DNA of 64,000 nt, from NCBI GenBank assembly GCA_050014195.1, contig JBEKDT010000007.1:32001-96000 (forward strand). Direction: 5' to 3'. Both the position numbers and the translations under genes were made by a program. The stretch's first letter is position 1. Every line of letters begins with the position of its first letter. This DNA comes from Desulfomonilia bacterium. Lineage in GTDB: Bacteria > Desulfobacterota > Desulfomonilia > UBA1062. Of the stretch, positions 10,013 through 20,201 are shown in pieces. The notes below the pieces were generated by a model, which searched no databases, was not told the origin of the DNA, and saw nothing but the letters and a program-made list of their open reading frames with translations.

Positions 10013-11221
10013 ATGACTTCAGACTGTAAGGAGACAATAAGGATGCCGCGAAAACCGTCATATGCCGAGCTGCTGCAGAGGATAAGGGATCTTGAGGCCC
10101 GGCAGGACGCTCTTATAGAGAATAACCCTTCGGAGTATGGCATCGATGATCCCTTCAGGAAGAATGAGGAACATTTCAGAGACCTGGTGGAGAATTCGCC
10201 TACCGGCATTTCCATTGTCGTGGACGAGAAGGTCGTGTACAGAAACCTGGAACAGCAGAGGATCTTCGGGCCGCTGACCGGCGGTCTGCCGTCCATATAC
10301 GAGCGGGTCCACCCTGATGACCGACAAAAGCTTAAGGAACATTATCAATCGACCCTTGAAGGTCATACCGCAGGCATTGACCTCAGATTCATCGGCATAC
10401 GCAGTGAAGCAGCGGGTGACCACGCAACAATATGGATCCACGGCCGTTCAAGCCTTATAAGATATCAGGGCAGAAGGGCGATACTGTTCAACATGATGGA
10501 TGTCACTGCTGCCAGGGAGATGGAGCGCCTCCTGAACATCCAGGACCGGATGGCGTCCCTGGGCCATGTAGCAGCGGGCATTGCCCATGAGATCCGCAAT
10601 CCCCTTTCAGGGATCAACATTTATCTTGATAACGCTGAACAGATTCTGGAAAAAGGTGGGGACATAGAGAAGCTTAAGGAGGTTCTTAAAAAAATACAGT
10701 CCGCTTCATCCAAGATCGAATCCATAATCAAGCGTGTCATGGATTTCTCCAAGCCCTCCGAGCCGAAGCTCATGCACATCGATATCAACAGGCCTATTGA
10801 GGATGCTTTGGGGCTCTCCTCTGTCATGCTCAGAAAGACAGGTATTGAGATAATAACGGATCTTGCAAAAGGCCTTTCACCATGCATCGCAGATTCCCAG
10901 CTTATCGAGCAGGTGATCCTCAACCTTATAACGAATGCTGCAGAGGCTATGAAAGACATGGAACAGGGAAAGAAGATCAAAGTCAGCTCATCTTGTAAAG
11001 GGAACCATATCATTGTTTCTGTGGCGGATTCCGGACCAGGTGTACCGGCGGATCTGGCTCAAAAGATTTTCGACCCGTTCTTTACGACCAAGGGTAGCTC
11101 AACCGGCATCGGGCTGAGCCTCTGCCAGCGGATAATCCATGATCATAAAGGGACATTGAATATATCCTCCGGCACACTTGCCGGGGTTGAATTTACATTC
11201 ACCATACCTTTGGATATATGA
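10013..11221 (+). CDS. PAS-domain sensor histidine kinase
   Basis: AHEIRNPL H-box, NLITNA N-box, DSGPG, FDPFFTTK, GIGL. Confidence 0.93.
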   Translation: MTSDCKETIRMPRKPSYAELLQRIRDLEARQDALIENNPSEYGIDDPFRKNEEHFRDLVENSPTGISIVVDEKVVYRNLEQQRIFGPLTGGLPSIYERVHPDDRQKLKEHYQSTLEGHTAGIDLRFIGIRSEAAGDHATIWIHGRSSLIRYQGRRAILFNMMDVTAAREMERLLNIQDRMASLGHVAAGIAHEIRNPLSGINIYLDNAEQILEKGGDIEKLKEVLKKIQSASSKIESIIKRVMDFSKPSEPKLMHIDINRPIEDALGLSSVMLRKTGIEIITDLAKGLSPCIADSQLIEQVILNLITNAAEAMKDMEQGKKIKVSSSCKGNHIIVSVADSGPGVPADLAQKIFDPFFTTKGSSTGIGLSLCQRIIHDHKGTLNISSGTLAGVEFTFTIPLDI

Positions 11222-12624
11222 TGGGAGGAAGCATGATCAGGTTCTCTCTCGTTCTCATTGATGATGAGAAGACGATCAGGGATGGAATCAGCATGGCCCT
11301 TGATTCTGAATATGATGTCAGGACCTTTGCTACTGCGGAAGAAGCCCTTGACGCTATCAGAACCGCCCCTCCCGACCTCATCCTTCTTGATATCGGGCTC
11401 CCGAGCATGAACGGCATCGATGCCCTGGACAAGATTAAGGAAATGTACCCTGATATGCTGGTCATCATGATAACGGCATACGAAGACATCAAAACCGTCA
11501 TATCGGCCATGAAGCTCGGAGCCTATGACTATGTGGTAAAACCCATCGTCATGGGTGGACTGAGGGTTACTATACAAAACGCCCTGGAGTCTATCCGCCT
11601 CAGAAAGGAAGTGAGGCTCCTCCAGGAACACTACCTGAAAGACAACCTGCCTTTTTTCATTGCACAGAGCAATGAGATCCAGGAGGTCATGGACTTCATC
11701 ACAAGGGCTGCCAAGAGCCCTGACACGCCCATACTCATCCTGGGGGAGACCGGTACGGGCAAGGAGCTCATTGCGAGCGCCATCCACTACCACAGCCCGA
11801 ATTTCAAGGGTCCTTTTCTGACACTCAATTGCGCAGCCATCCCTAAGGAACTCATTGAAAGCGAGCTTTTCGGATATGAAAAAGGCGCTTTCAGCGGCGC
11901 AGGCCCTTCGGGGAAACGTGGCCTTATTGAGGAGGCAGCGGATGGAACCCTGTTTCTCGATGAAGTGGGTGATTTGAGCCTTCAGGCCCAGGCAAAACTC
12001 CTGCGCTTTCTGGAAGACGGGGAATTCTACCGTGTTGGTTCAACCCAGAAACACCATATCCGAACACGGATCGTGTCCGCAACAAACAAGGACCTGAGCG
12101 ACATGATGGAGCAGAGTTTATTCAGGAATGACCTATACTTCAGGCTGGGTGTGATCACAGTCCATGTTCCCTCCCTGAACGAGCGCAAGGAAGACATCAT
12201 GGCCCTGGCGAACCATTTTCTCGTTACGTTCAGCGCCAAGTTTCACAAAAAATATAAAGGCATATCAAAGGAGGCCAAGCAGGCCCTTCAAGAGCATCAC
12301 TGGGTGGGTAATGTACGCGAGTTGAAAAATCTCATTGAGCGGGGCGTACTTATCGGGAAAGGTCCTGAGCTGAAACTTGAGGATATGGGTATGAACATGT
12401 CAGGACGGGGAGGAGGTAAGCGCGCTGCAGAAAAGGTGTACTTTCCGGATGAAGATCCGGCCATTCCTCCTGAAGGCATCGATCTCATACAGGCAGTCAC
12501 TGAATATGAAAGACGTTATATAAAAGCCGCACTCAAGTATGCAGAGGGCAATGAGAGCAAGGCTGCAAGGCTTCTCCACATGAACCACTACACATTCCGC
12601 TACCAGAAAAAAAAGATCCTGTAG
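11218..12624 (+). CDS. NtrC-family sigma54-dependent response regulator
   Basis: Receiver domain, GETGTGKE, ESELFGYEKGAFSGA, FLDEV, GNVRELKN, C-terminal HTH. Confidence 0.95.
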   Translation: MMGGSMIRFSLVLIDDEKTIRDGISMALDSEYDVRTFATAEEALDAIRTAPPDLILLDIGLPSMNGIDALDKIKEMYPDMLVIMITAYEDIKTVISAMKLGAYDYVVKPIVMGGLRVTIQNALESIRLRKEVRLLQEHYLKDNLPFFIAQSNEIQEVMDFITRAAKSPDTPILILGETGTGKELIASAIHYHSPNFKGPFLTLNCAAIPKELIESELFGYEKGAFSGAGPSGKRGLIEEAADGTLFLDEVGDLSLQAQAKLLRFLEDGEFYRVGSTQKHHIRTRIVSATNKDLSDMMEQSLFRNDLYFRLGVITVHVPSLNERKEDIMALANHFLVTFSAKFHKKYKGISKEAKQALQEHHWVGNVRELKNLIERGVLIGKGPELKLEDMGMNMSGRGGGKRAAEKVYFPDEDPAIPPEGIDLIQAVTEYERRYIKAALKYAEGNESKAARLLHMNHYTFRYQKKKIL

Positions 12625-12629
12625 ACATT

Positions 12630-12665
12630 TTGAAAAATTATCAAGGATCTTTGTGAATTTTGCAA
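12630..12665 (+). promoter_or_regulatory. Paired enhancer (UAS) for a sigma54 activator
   Basis: TTGAAAAATTATCAA-N6-TTGTGAATTTTGCAA (two TTG-N9-CAA dyads), 121 bp upstream of the -24 motif. Confidence 0.65.
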
Positions 12666-12750
12666 ATATCTGAGTAACCGAATTCTATCCAGTTTCTTAA
12701 TAGAGCAGCTAACAGATTGAATGGACATATGATCTCGTAATACGCTTATC

Positions 12751-12766
12751 TGGCATGCCCTATGCT
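12751..12766 (+). promoter_or_regulatory. sigma54 (-24/-12) promoter
   Basis: TGGCATG-CCCT-ATGCT upstream of the ATG at 12796. Confidence 0.75.
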
Positions 12767-12795
12767 CTATACACAGTTCAGAGGCAAGAAAATTT

Positions 12796-13185
12796 ATGAA
12801 CCTGTTTGAAGAGATCAGAGATAAGAAAATTTTACTCATTGATGATGATGAGAGTATCAGGGACTCCATGAGCATGTTTTTTCTCGGTGAAGGCATTTCG
12901 ATCGATACTCTGGAGACAGCGGAAGAAGGAGTCAATGCCATAAAAAAACAGCACTACGACATCATAATCACCGACTACAAACTGCCCAGCATGGACGGAC
13001 TGAGTTTTCTCAAGCACATTCATGTGCTATGCCCTGATTCCTTTAAGATTTTCCTAACTACATATGGGAACAAAGAAGAGTTCTCAGAGGCAACCCGGCT
13101 AGGAGCAGACGAATACATAGTAAAGCCCTTTACCACCAAGCTCATCAAGGATGTCCTGACACGATTTATGGAAAGAAGGAGATAA
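12796..13185 (+). CDS. Single-domain response regulator
   Basis: LLIDDD, ITDYKLP.MDG, YIVKPF. Confidence 0.92.
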   Translation: MNLFEEIRDKKILLIDDDESIRDSMSMFFLGEGISIDTLETAEEGVNAIKKQHYDIIITDYKLPSMDGLSFLKHIHVLCPDSFKIFLTTYGNKEEFSEATRLGADEYIVKPFTTKLIKDVLTRFMERRR

Positions 13186-13208
13186 AGAGTCGTATATAGG
13201 AGGACTGT

Positions 13209-13643
13209 ATGTTTGATAAAATCTTGTATCCAACTGACTTTTCAGAAATAGCACATAAAGCATTACCCTATATTGAGGCATTAAAGAGTGCTGGGGCGAA
13301 TGAGGTGATCATTTTGCATGTAAACGATGAGACATGCGTAAATACTCTTCGCATATTTACGGCACAAGATGTTCTTGCTTTAGAAAAACGCTTGAAGGAT
13401 TCAGCACTCAACCAGATTGCCCCCCTTGAAGATGAGTTGAGGAGTAAAGGATTTCGAGTCAAATCCCACATCGATAATGGTATCCCTTTCAGAGAGATTC
13501 TGAAGGTGGCAGAGGAAGAGAATGTTTCTATTATCATTATGGGCTCTCATGGAAAGAACAGCATCATCGAGATTATGCTGGGCTCTGTTGCTGAAAAAGT
13601 GGCCAGTAGAGCCCATAAGCCTGTACTCATAGTAAGGAGATGA
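13209..13643 (+). CDS. Universal stress protein
   Basis: KILYPTDFS...MGSHGK...LGSVAEKV...PVLIVR. Confidence 0.93.
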   Translation: MFDKILYPTDFSEIAHKALPYIEALKSAGANEVIILHVNDETCVNTLRIFTAQDVLALEKRLKDSALNQIAPLEDELRSKGFRVKSHIDNGIPFREILKVAEEENVSIIIMGSHGKNSIIEIMLGSVAEKVASRAHKPVLIVRR

Positions 13644-13703
13644 GAAGTTTTCCAAATAACAGGACCAGCGAGAGCGGGCCTACTGCTGAACCGTATAAAT
13701 CAG

Positions 13704-16700
13704 ATGATAAAAACATGGATAAATAAATATCTGAAAAAGGAAGGGACAGAGGCATTCAATGACATCGAAGGTTGGAGAACATATTACTTTGACCTGATAT
13801 TGTTCCTTGCCTGTATCCTTTTGCCCATAGCTCTTGCTGTTAATCTTTCGACTTACATCGAGGAAAACAGATGGGGAACCCTTATATTTCAGGTAGGGAT
13901 ATTCTTTTTCCTGGCGATCTTGTTTTTCATACGGAATCCCCTTGTCCGCTGGGGTATGTTCTTTTTCTTTCTTTATGCAACTGTCATCACATTCTTCATT
14001 TCTCTTGGACCCTTCTATGCCCGTCCCGGATGGCTTGTTCTCTGTACTGTCACTGCCGCCCTTCTCTTCGGAGTGCCTGCTGCAGTGGCATCCGTTGGAC
14101 TTAATGCCATACTACTTCTTGTCCTCTATTACTTTATTGGGCCGCATCTGCAATCATGGGCGACAGCCTATACAGAGCCTGATCTGAAATGGATCATATT
14201 CACCGTGAATATCTCTTTTGTCTCCCTTGTGGCAAGTGTGCCTGTCAGCCTGCTCTTGAGAAGGCTGAATACTTCCTTTCAACATGAACAGGATATGCAC
14301 CAGCAGCTTTTAAATGAAAGTGAATCGCAGAGAGAAACAAACGCCATTCTCTCCAATGAGATCGCTGAACGTAAGCGTATAGAAGGAGAATTGAAAGAGA
14401 GTCAAAAAAGCTACCGGCTTCTTGCAGAGAATGTTCGTGACGTTATGTGGATCTTTGACCTGAATCTTGACTACGCCTTCGTGACACCGTCTGTACAGAG
14501 GTTGAGAGGTTACACCGTCGAAGAGGCATTGAAACAGACCATTGATCAGATCCTGACGCCGGAATCCTATCAAAAGGCCAAGGCGATTCTGGATAGAGAA
14601 ATTGCGCTGGAATTCAGTGGAAAACGCCATGGGCCTGAATGGTCATTAACCACTGAACTCGAGATGGTCCGTAAAGATGGCTCTACCGTCTGGACAGAGG
14701 CTACCATGAACATGGTCTACCATGAGGATGGCGAGCCTACAGGAATCATAGGGGTAACCCGTGACATCACCGAACGCAAGCGGACGGAGAAGGCGCTTAC
14801 GGAATCAAAAAACTATCTGGACAGGATCATCAATTCTGTTGCCGATCCCATTTTTGTTAAAGACAGACAACACCGCTGGGTATTACTGAACGACGCTATG
14901 TGCAATTTTATGGGGCACAACCGAGAGGAATTGATAGTGAAATCTGACTATGATTTCTTCCCGAAAAGTGAAGCCGATACCTTCTGGGAAAAAGATGAGG
15001 CCGTCTTTAATTCGGGTAAAGAAAACATCAATGAGGAAAAATTCACTGATGTAAAAGGAGTTGTTCATACTATCGTTACAAAAAAAACATTGTACACGGA
15101 CGATAAGGGAGAGAAGTTCATAGTTGGTATCATCAGGGATATTACAGGGAGAAAGCAGGTCGAGGGAATAATCCGAAAGAGCGAAGAGCGATATCGGACG
15201 ATCTTTGAGAGCACGGCGACAGCCAACATCATTGTGGCTGAGGATACGACAATCCTTCTAGCAAACTCGAACTTCGAGAGAATGACGGGGTATTCGAGGA
15301 GTGAATTGGAAGGGAAAATGAGCTGGACGAGTCTTGTGGTGGACGAGGACCTTGAGAGGGCAAAAATGAATCACAGGATGCGTCGAGAAAAGCCGGGATC
15401 AGCAGCTAACTCCTATGAATTGCGGTGTGTCAATCGGCAGGGCCAAATAAGGGATCTCTATATGAGTGTTGCCGTCATCCCTGATACACAAGAGAGTGTT
15501 ACCTCCTTAATAGACATATCTGAACGAAAGCAGGCTGAAGAAGATCTCCGAAGGAGTGAAGAGCGATATCGTACCATGTTTGAGCACACAGGCAATGCAT
15601 CGGTACTCTTTGGTGAGGACACAACTCTCCTGCTGGTAAATTCAAATTTCGAGAAGCTCTCCGGGTACTCAAAAAAGGAACTTGAAGGCAAGATGAGCTG
15701 GACCGCTTTCGTTGATAAGGAAGATCTGGAGAGGATGCGGCAATATCATGAGATGCGCAGGAATGAACAGGGGTCTGTCCCTGATTCCTATGAATTCGGC
15801 TTCATTAATCGCTGTGGGGAGAAGAAAGACATATTCCTGAACATAGCCCTCATCCCTGGAACCAAAGTAAGTGTCTGCTCCCTGATAGATATCACCGAGC
15901 GCAAGAAGGCAGCTGAAGAGAAGAAGCGGCTTGAGGATCAACTCACCCAAGCCCAGAAAATGGAGTCCATAGGGACATTAGCTGGCGGGATCGCACATGA
16001 CTTCAATAATATCCTTACAGCAATAATCGGATATTCAGAACTCGCCCTCGACGATGTCTCAGATCCAGAAAAGGCGAAGACAGAAATCAGAGAGGTGATC
16101 AAGGCGGGTGATCGTGCCAAAAACCTCGTGAGTCAAATCCTTACATTCAGTCGCAAGACTGAGACCACATATTCTCCATTGGAACTCCCAACTCTTATCA
16201 AGGAATCGCTCAAGATGCTTCGATCAGTTATCCCAGCGACCATTGAGATTCGCCGGGGTATCATCAAGTCGGGTCTGGTCATGGTAGATCCTACCCAGAT
16301 TCATCAATTGATGATGAACCTGTGCACCAATGCGGCTCATGCAATGGATGAGACTGGGGGTGTGCTTTCCGTAAGCTTGCATAAAGACAATATAGATGCA
16401 GAGATAGCTAGTGATCTTGAAGTATCTCCCGGACCTTATTTAAGGCTCACCGTCAGTGACACCGGTCATGGCATGACCCCTGAGGTCATGGAAAGGATCT
16501 TCGAGCCTTATTTTACTACCAAGGAACTTGGGCGTGGAACAGGCCTTGGACTGTCGGTTGTTCATGGGATTGTAAAAAGTCATGGTGGCGCTATCATTTG
16601 TAAGAGTGCATCTGGAGAAGGGACAACCTTTGATATTTATCTACCTGAACTTGTATTGGAGACAAAAGCTCCAGAATCTACCAAGGAAGAATCTCTTCCG

Positions 16701-17075
16701 AGGGGAACCGAGCGTATACTTTACATTGATGATGAACCAGCTCTGGCTAACTTAGCAGAAAAGATGCTGAGTAAACTGGGATACGATGTAACCACTTTGA
16801 CAAGCAGCCTTGAGGCATTGAATATCTTTAAATCAAGGGCAGATAAGTTCGACCTGGTCATCACTGACATGACCATGCCAGGCATGACAGGAGATACCCT
16901 GGCCCAGAAGCTTATGGAAATTCGACCTGATATTCCTGTGATTCTGTGTACCGGATATAGCGAGCACGTCTCGGGTGAGGGAGCAAAAAAGATCGGTATT
17001 CGGAAATTTGTCATGAAGCCCTTAGAAATGAAAGTGTTGGCGAAGGCCATCCGTAAGGTGCTCGATGACAAATAA
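13704..17075 (+). CDS. Membrane-bound multi-PAS hybrid histidine kinase/response regulator
   Basis: N-terminal TMs, four PAS/PAC domains, AHDFNNIL, NLCTNA, GTGLGL, C-terminal receiver. Confidence 0.95.
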   Translation: MIKTWINKYLKKEGTEAFNDIEGWRTYYFDLILFLACILLPIALAVNLSTYIEENRWGTLIFQVGIFFFLAILFFIRNPLVRWGMFFFFLYATVITFFISLGPFYARPGWLVLCTVTAALLFGVPAAVASVGLNAILLLVLYYFIGPHLQSWATAYTEPDLKWIIFTVNISFVSLVASVPVSLLLRRLNTSFQHEQDMHQQLLNESESQRETNAILSNEIAERKRIEGELKESQKSYRLLAENVRDVMWIFDLNLDYAFVTPSVQRLRGYTVEEALKQTIDQILTPESYQKAKAILDREIALEFSGKRHGPEWSLTTELEMVRKDGSTVWTEATMNMVYHEDGEPTGIIGVTRDITERKRTEKALTESKNYLDRIINSVADPIFVKDRQHRWVLLNDAMCNFMGHNREELIVKSDYDFFPKSEADTFWEKDEAVFNSGKENINEEKFTDVKGVVHTIVTKKTLYTDDKGEKFIVGIIRDITGRKQVEGIIRKSEERYRTIFESTATANIIVAEDTTILLANSNFERMTGYSRSELEGKMSWTSLVVDEDLERAKMNHRMRREKPGSAANSYELRCVNRQGQIRDLYMSVAVIPDTQESVTSLIDISERKQAEEDLRRSEERYRTMFEHTGNASVLFGEDTTLLLVNSNFEKLSGYSKKELEGKMSWTAFVDKEDLERMRQYHEMRRNEQGSVPDSYEFGFINRCGEKKDIFLNIALIPGTKVSVCSLIDITERKKAAEEKKRLEDQLTQAQKMESIGTLAGGIAHDFNNILTAIIGYSELALDDVSDPEKAKTEIREVIKAGDRAKNLVSQILTFSRKTETTYSPLELPTLIKESLKMLRSVIPATIEIRRGIIKSGLVMVDPTQIHQLMMNLCTNAAHAMDETGGVLSVSLHKDNIDAEIASDLEVSPGPYLRLTVSDTGHGMTPEVMERIFEPYFTTKELGRGTGLGLSVVHGIVKSHGGAIICKSASGEGTTFDIYLPELVLETKAPESTKEESLPRGTERILYIDDEPALANLAEKMLSKLGYDVTTLTSSLEALNIFKSRADKFDLVITDMTMPGMTGDTLAQKLMEIRPDIPVILCTGYSEHVSGEGAKKIGIRKFVMKPLEMKVLAKAIRKVLDDK

Positions 17076-17149
17076 CATAAGTGAGAATGTATTATTTTAG
17101 GGATAACTATAGATTGATTTAAAAGGCATTCTCATAATCGAGGTATTCA

Positions 17150-18265
17150 ATGAAACATAAAGAACCAACAAAGGAGGATCTCATAAAAGAGTTGGCTGCT
17201 GCACGCCAGTTGATAGGAGAATTGAAAATTGCAGATTCTAAACACAAGCGGACAGAGGAGGCGCTCCGTGAATCAGAAGAAAAATACCGTTTGCTTGCGG
17301 AAAATGCTCATGAGGCTATTTTCGTTGTACAGGATGACATGATTCGATATGCTAATGTAAAGGCCAGTGAACTCTCAGGTTATTCAAAAGAGGATTTAAC
17401 CTTTAACCAATTCTTGTCTTTTTTACATCCGGAAGACCGGGAGATGGTTCTGGATCGTCACCAGAAAAAGATTAGGGGCGAGACACTCACTGAAATCTAT
17501 TCCTTCAGAATTGTGAATAAAGATGGAACTATTAGGTGGGTAGAAACCAACACGGTCTTAATCTTTATGGAAGGCAGACCAGCCACGTTGAATTTCCTTT
17601 CGGACATCACCGATCGCAAGCAGTCTGAGGAGGAACTTAAGGAGAGCGAGAGACGCTATCAGACACTGGCCGAGAACGTGCATGACATGATCTTGGTCTT
17701 TGACCTCAATTTGGAACCTACCTACATCAGCCCATCGGTCAAGTACCTGAGTGGATACAATGTAGAAGAGGCCATGAAACACAGACTCGATCAGATCCTC
17801 ACACCCGAGTCATACAAGAGACTCATGGAGATTTTTGAAAGAGAAATCTCATTTGAAAGGAGTGGACAAAAACACGGTCCTGGATGGTCTCAGACCATCG
17901 AACAAGAGATACTCAGGAGGGATGGCGCTACAGTCTGGATAGAGGTTACCCTTAACCTTATCTATGATGAAGAGGGTATACTCAAGAGCATCGTAGGTAT
18001 CGCCCGAGATATCACTGAACGCAAGCTCGCTGCTCTGGAACGAGAACAACTTCTCAGTGAACTGCAGCAAGCCCTGGCAAATGTCAAAACCCTGAGCGGG
18101 TTGCTTCCCATCTGTGCCAACTGCAAGAAAATACGTGATGACAAAGGTTATTGGAATCAGATCGAGAGTTATATCTCAGAGCATTCTGAAGCTGTTTTCA
18201 GTCATGGTATCTGCCCAGAGTGCACCAAGCAGCTCTATCCTGATTTTTATAATCGAAAAAAATAA
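17150..18265 (+). CDS. Two-PAS protein with C-terminal CxxC...HGICPxC domain
   Basis: Two PAS/PAC repeats; LPICANCKKIRDD..YW..IE.YI..HS...FSHGICPEC tail; no kinase domain. Confidence 0.85.
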   Translation: MKHKEPTKEDLIKELAAARQLIGELKIADSKHKRTEEALRESEEKYRLLAENAHEAIFVVQDDMIRYANVKASELSGYSKEDLTFNQFLSFLHPEDREMVLDRHQKKIRGETLTEIYSFRIVNKDGTIRWVETNTVLIFMEGRPATLNFLSDITDRKQSEEELKESERRYQTLAENVHDMILVFDLNLEPTYISPSVKYLSGYNVEEAMKHRLDQILTPESYKRLMEIFEREISFERSGQKHGPGWSQTIEQEILRRDGATVWIEVTLNLIYDEEGILKSIVGIARDITERKLAALEREQLLSELQQALANVKTLSGLLPICANCKKIRDDKGYWNQIESYISEHSEAVFSHGICPECTKQLYPDFYNRKK

Positions 18266-18336
18266 CAATGCACTACACCCAGATCCGGCTGGCCCAAGAA
18301 TAAAATTATTTTGAATAGAAAGCAAAGGAGACGGAT

Positions 18337-19980
18337 ATGAACTACAGTGAAAGGCCATGGTTACAATCGTATACGGTTGGTGTTCCTCAGAAAATCACCT
18401 TTGAGGAGTTGTGTATTCCTGACTTTCTTGAAAGAGCTGCCCGGGACTTCCCCAAAAACGTGGCGCTCTCTTTTATGGGATATACGCTGACCTATCTTCA
18501 ATTAAAAGACACAGTGGACCGCTTTGCTACATGTCTGGCTGATTTCGGTATCAAGAAGGGTGACAGTGTTGCAATCCTTCTTCCCAACACCATCCAATGT
18601 GTGGTGGCGTACTATGCGATATTGAAGATCGGCGGCATCGCGGTCATGAACAATCCGCTTTACTCAGATAAGGAGCTTCTGCATCAGTTTAATGATTCCG
18701 GTGCAAAGATTCTTGTCACCATCGACCTGCTGGCAAACAGGATGATCGATCTGAGGCCACAGACAGCTATCAAGCAGATTGTGGTTGCATCGATCGGTGA
18801 CTATCTGCCCGTTCCCATCACCGACTTTAAGCCGGCTGAGAACGTGTACCGGTGGAAGGATGTTATCGATCAATATCAACCCAACCCGCCTGCAGTGAGA
18901 ATTACCCTGGACGATATTGCTCAGTATCAGTACACCGGTGGAACAACGGGCGTCTCAAAGGGTGTCGAGCTCACGCACGAAAACCTGAGCAAGAATGTCC
19001 AACAGATTGCTTCGTGGTTTCCCAATCTCAAACGGGGTGAGGAAGTGATGCTTGGCGCGTTGCCGTTCTTCCACGTGTTCGGTCTGACGGTAGCCATGAA
19101 CTATGCTATGTATATGGCCTGGGGTGATATACTCGTGCCGAGACCCCAGCCTGATCAGCTCATTGAGACATTCGAAAAATTCAAGCCCAAGTTCCTTCCC
19201 ATGGTACCCACCATGTACATCGGGATACTCAATCATCCGAAAATAAATGACCTCGATCTCTCTTTTATTGGGGGCTGCTTTTCGGGAAGTGCACCTTTGC
19301 CTGTGGATGTAATAAAACAGTTCGAGGAGAAGACAGGGGTTGCTATCTGCGAGGGTTTCGGTATGACTGAATCCTCTCCGGTGACACATGTCAACCCTTT
19401 TGCAAAAGGAAAGACAAAACCCGGGAGTATAGGGGTTCCCCTACCCGATACCGAGTGCCGACTGGTTGATATCAATGACCGGAAGACCGATGTGCCGGTC
19501 GGAGAATCTGGAGAGCTTATCATACGAGGCCCTCAGGTCATGCGGGGGTATAAAGGTAAGCCCGATGAGACCAGGGAAACAGTCCGCGATGGCTGGCTCC
19601 ATACCGGAGATATCGCCAGGATGGATGAAGACGGCTATTTCTACATCGTTGACAGGCTCAAGGACATGATCATATCAGGCGGATACAACGTGTATCCCAG
19701 GGATATCGATGAAGTGCTATACCAGCATCCGAAGGTGGCGGAGGCCTGTTCGATCGGCGTGCCGCATCCGAGCCGCGGTGAGGCAGTTAAGGTCTTCGTG
19801 GTTCTCAAGGAAGGTCAGACAGCAACCCAGGATGAGATCATCAACTTCTGTAAAGACAAACTTGCAAAGTACAAGTGGCCGGATGAGGTGGAGTTCAGAG
19901 CGTCTCTCCCGAAGAGTGCGGTAGGCAAGATCCTCAGGAAGGACCTCCGGACAGAGGAATTGGCTAAGTGCGGCACATGA
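18337..19980 (+). CDS. Long-chain fatty-acid--CoA ligase (FadD-like)
   Basis: YTGGTTGVSKG AMP-binding motif, EGFGMTE, TGD, DRLKDMIISGG, GKILR. Confidence 0.93.
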   Translation: MNYSERPWLQSYTVGVPQKITFEELCIPDFLERAARDFPKNVALSFMGYTLTYLQLKDTVDRFATCLADFGIKKGDSVAILLPNTIQCVVAYYAILKIGGIAVMNNPLYSDKELLHQFNDSGAKILVTIDLLANRMIDLRPQTAIKQIVVASIGDYLPVPITDFKPAENVYRWKDVIDQYQPNPPAVRITLDDIAQYQYTGGTTGVSKGVELTHENLSKNVQQIASWFPNLKRGEEVMLGALPFFHVFGLTVAMNYAMYMAWGDILVPRPQPDQLIETFEKFKPKFLPMVPTMYIGILNHPKINDLDLSFIGGCFSGSAPLPVDVIKQFEEKTGVAICEGFGMTESSPVTHVNPFAKGKTKPGSIGVPLPDTECRLVDINDRKTDVPVGESGELIIRGPQVMRGYKGKPDETRETVRDGWLHTGDIARMDEDGYFYIVDRLKDMIISGGYNVYPRDIDEVLYQHPKVAEACSIGVPHPSRGEAVKVFVVLKEGQTATQDEIINFCKDKLAKYKWPDEVEFRASLPKSAVGKILRKDLRTEELAKCGT

Positions 19981-20201
19981 ATATTGCAACAATCAGGGTA
20001 AGTATTTGAAATAAAATTCAGGTGCTTGATGGATATTGACTTTAGGGATCATCAAACTATTAGTAATATTTATATCACCCATGAAGAATGTCTTATGCAA
20101 CAAAATTCCCACTGAGAAGGACGATATGAATGCAGATGTACAAACCGTAACCGCCCATGCCACTGTGGTCTATGACTACGACAACAGAAAGGAGAAAAAT
20201 T

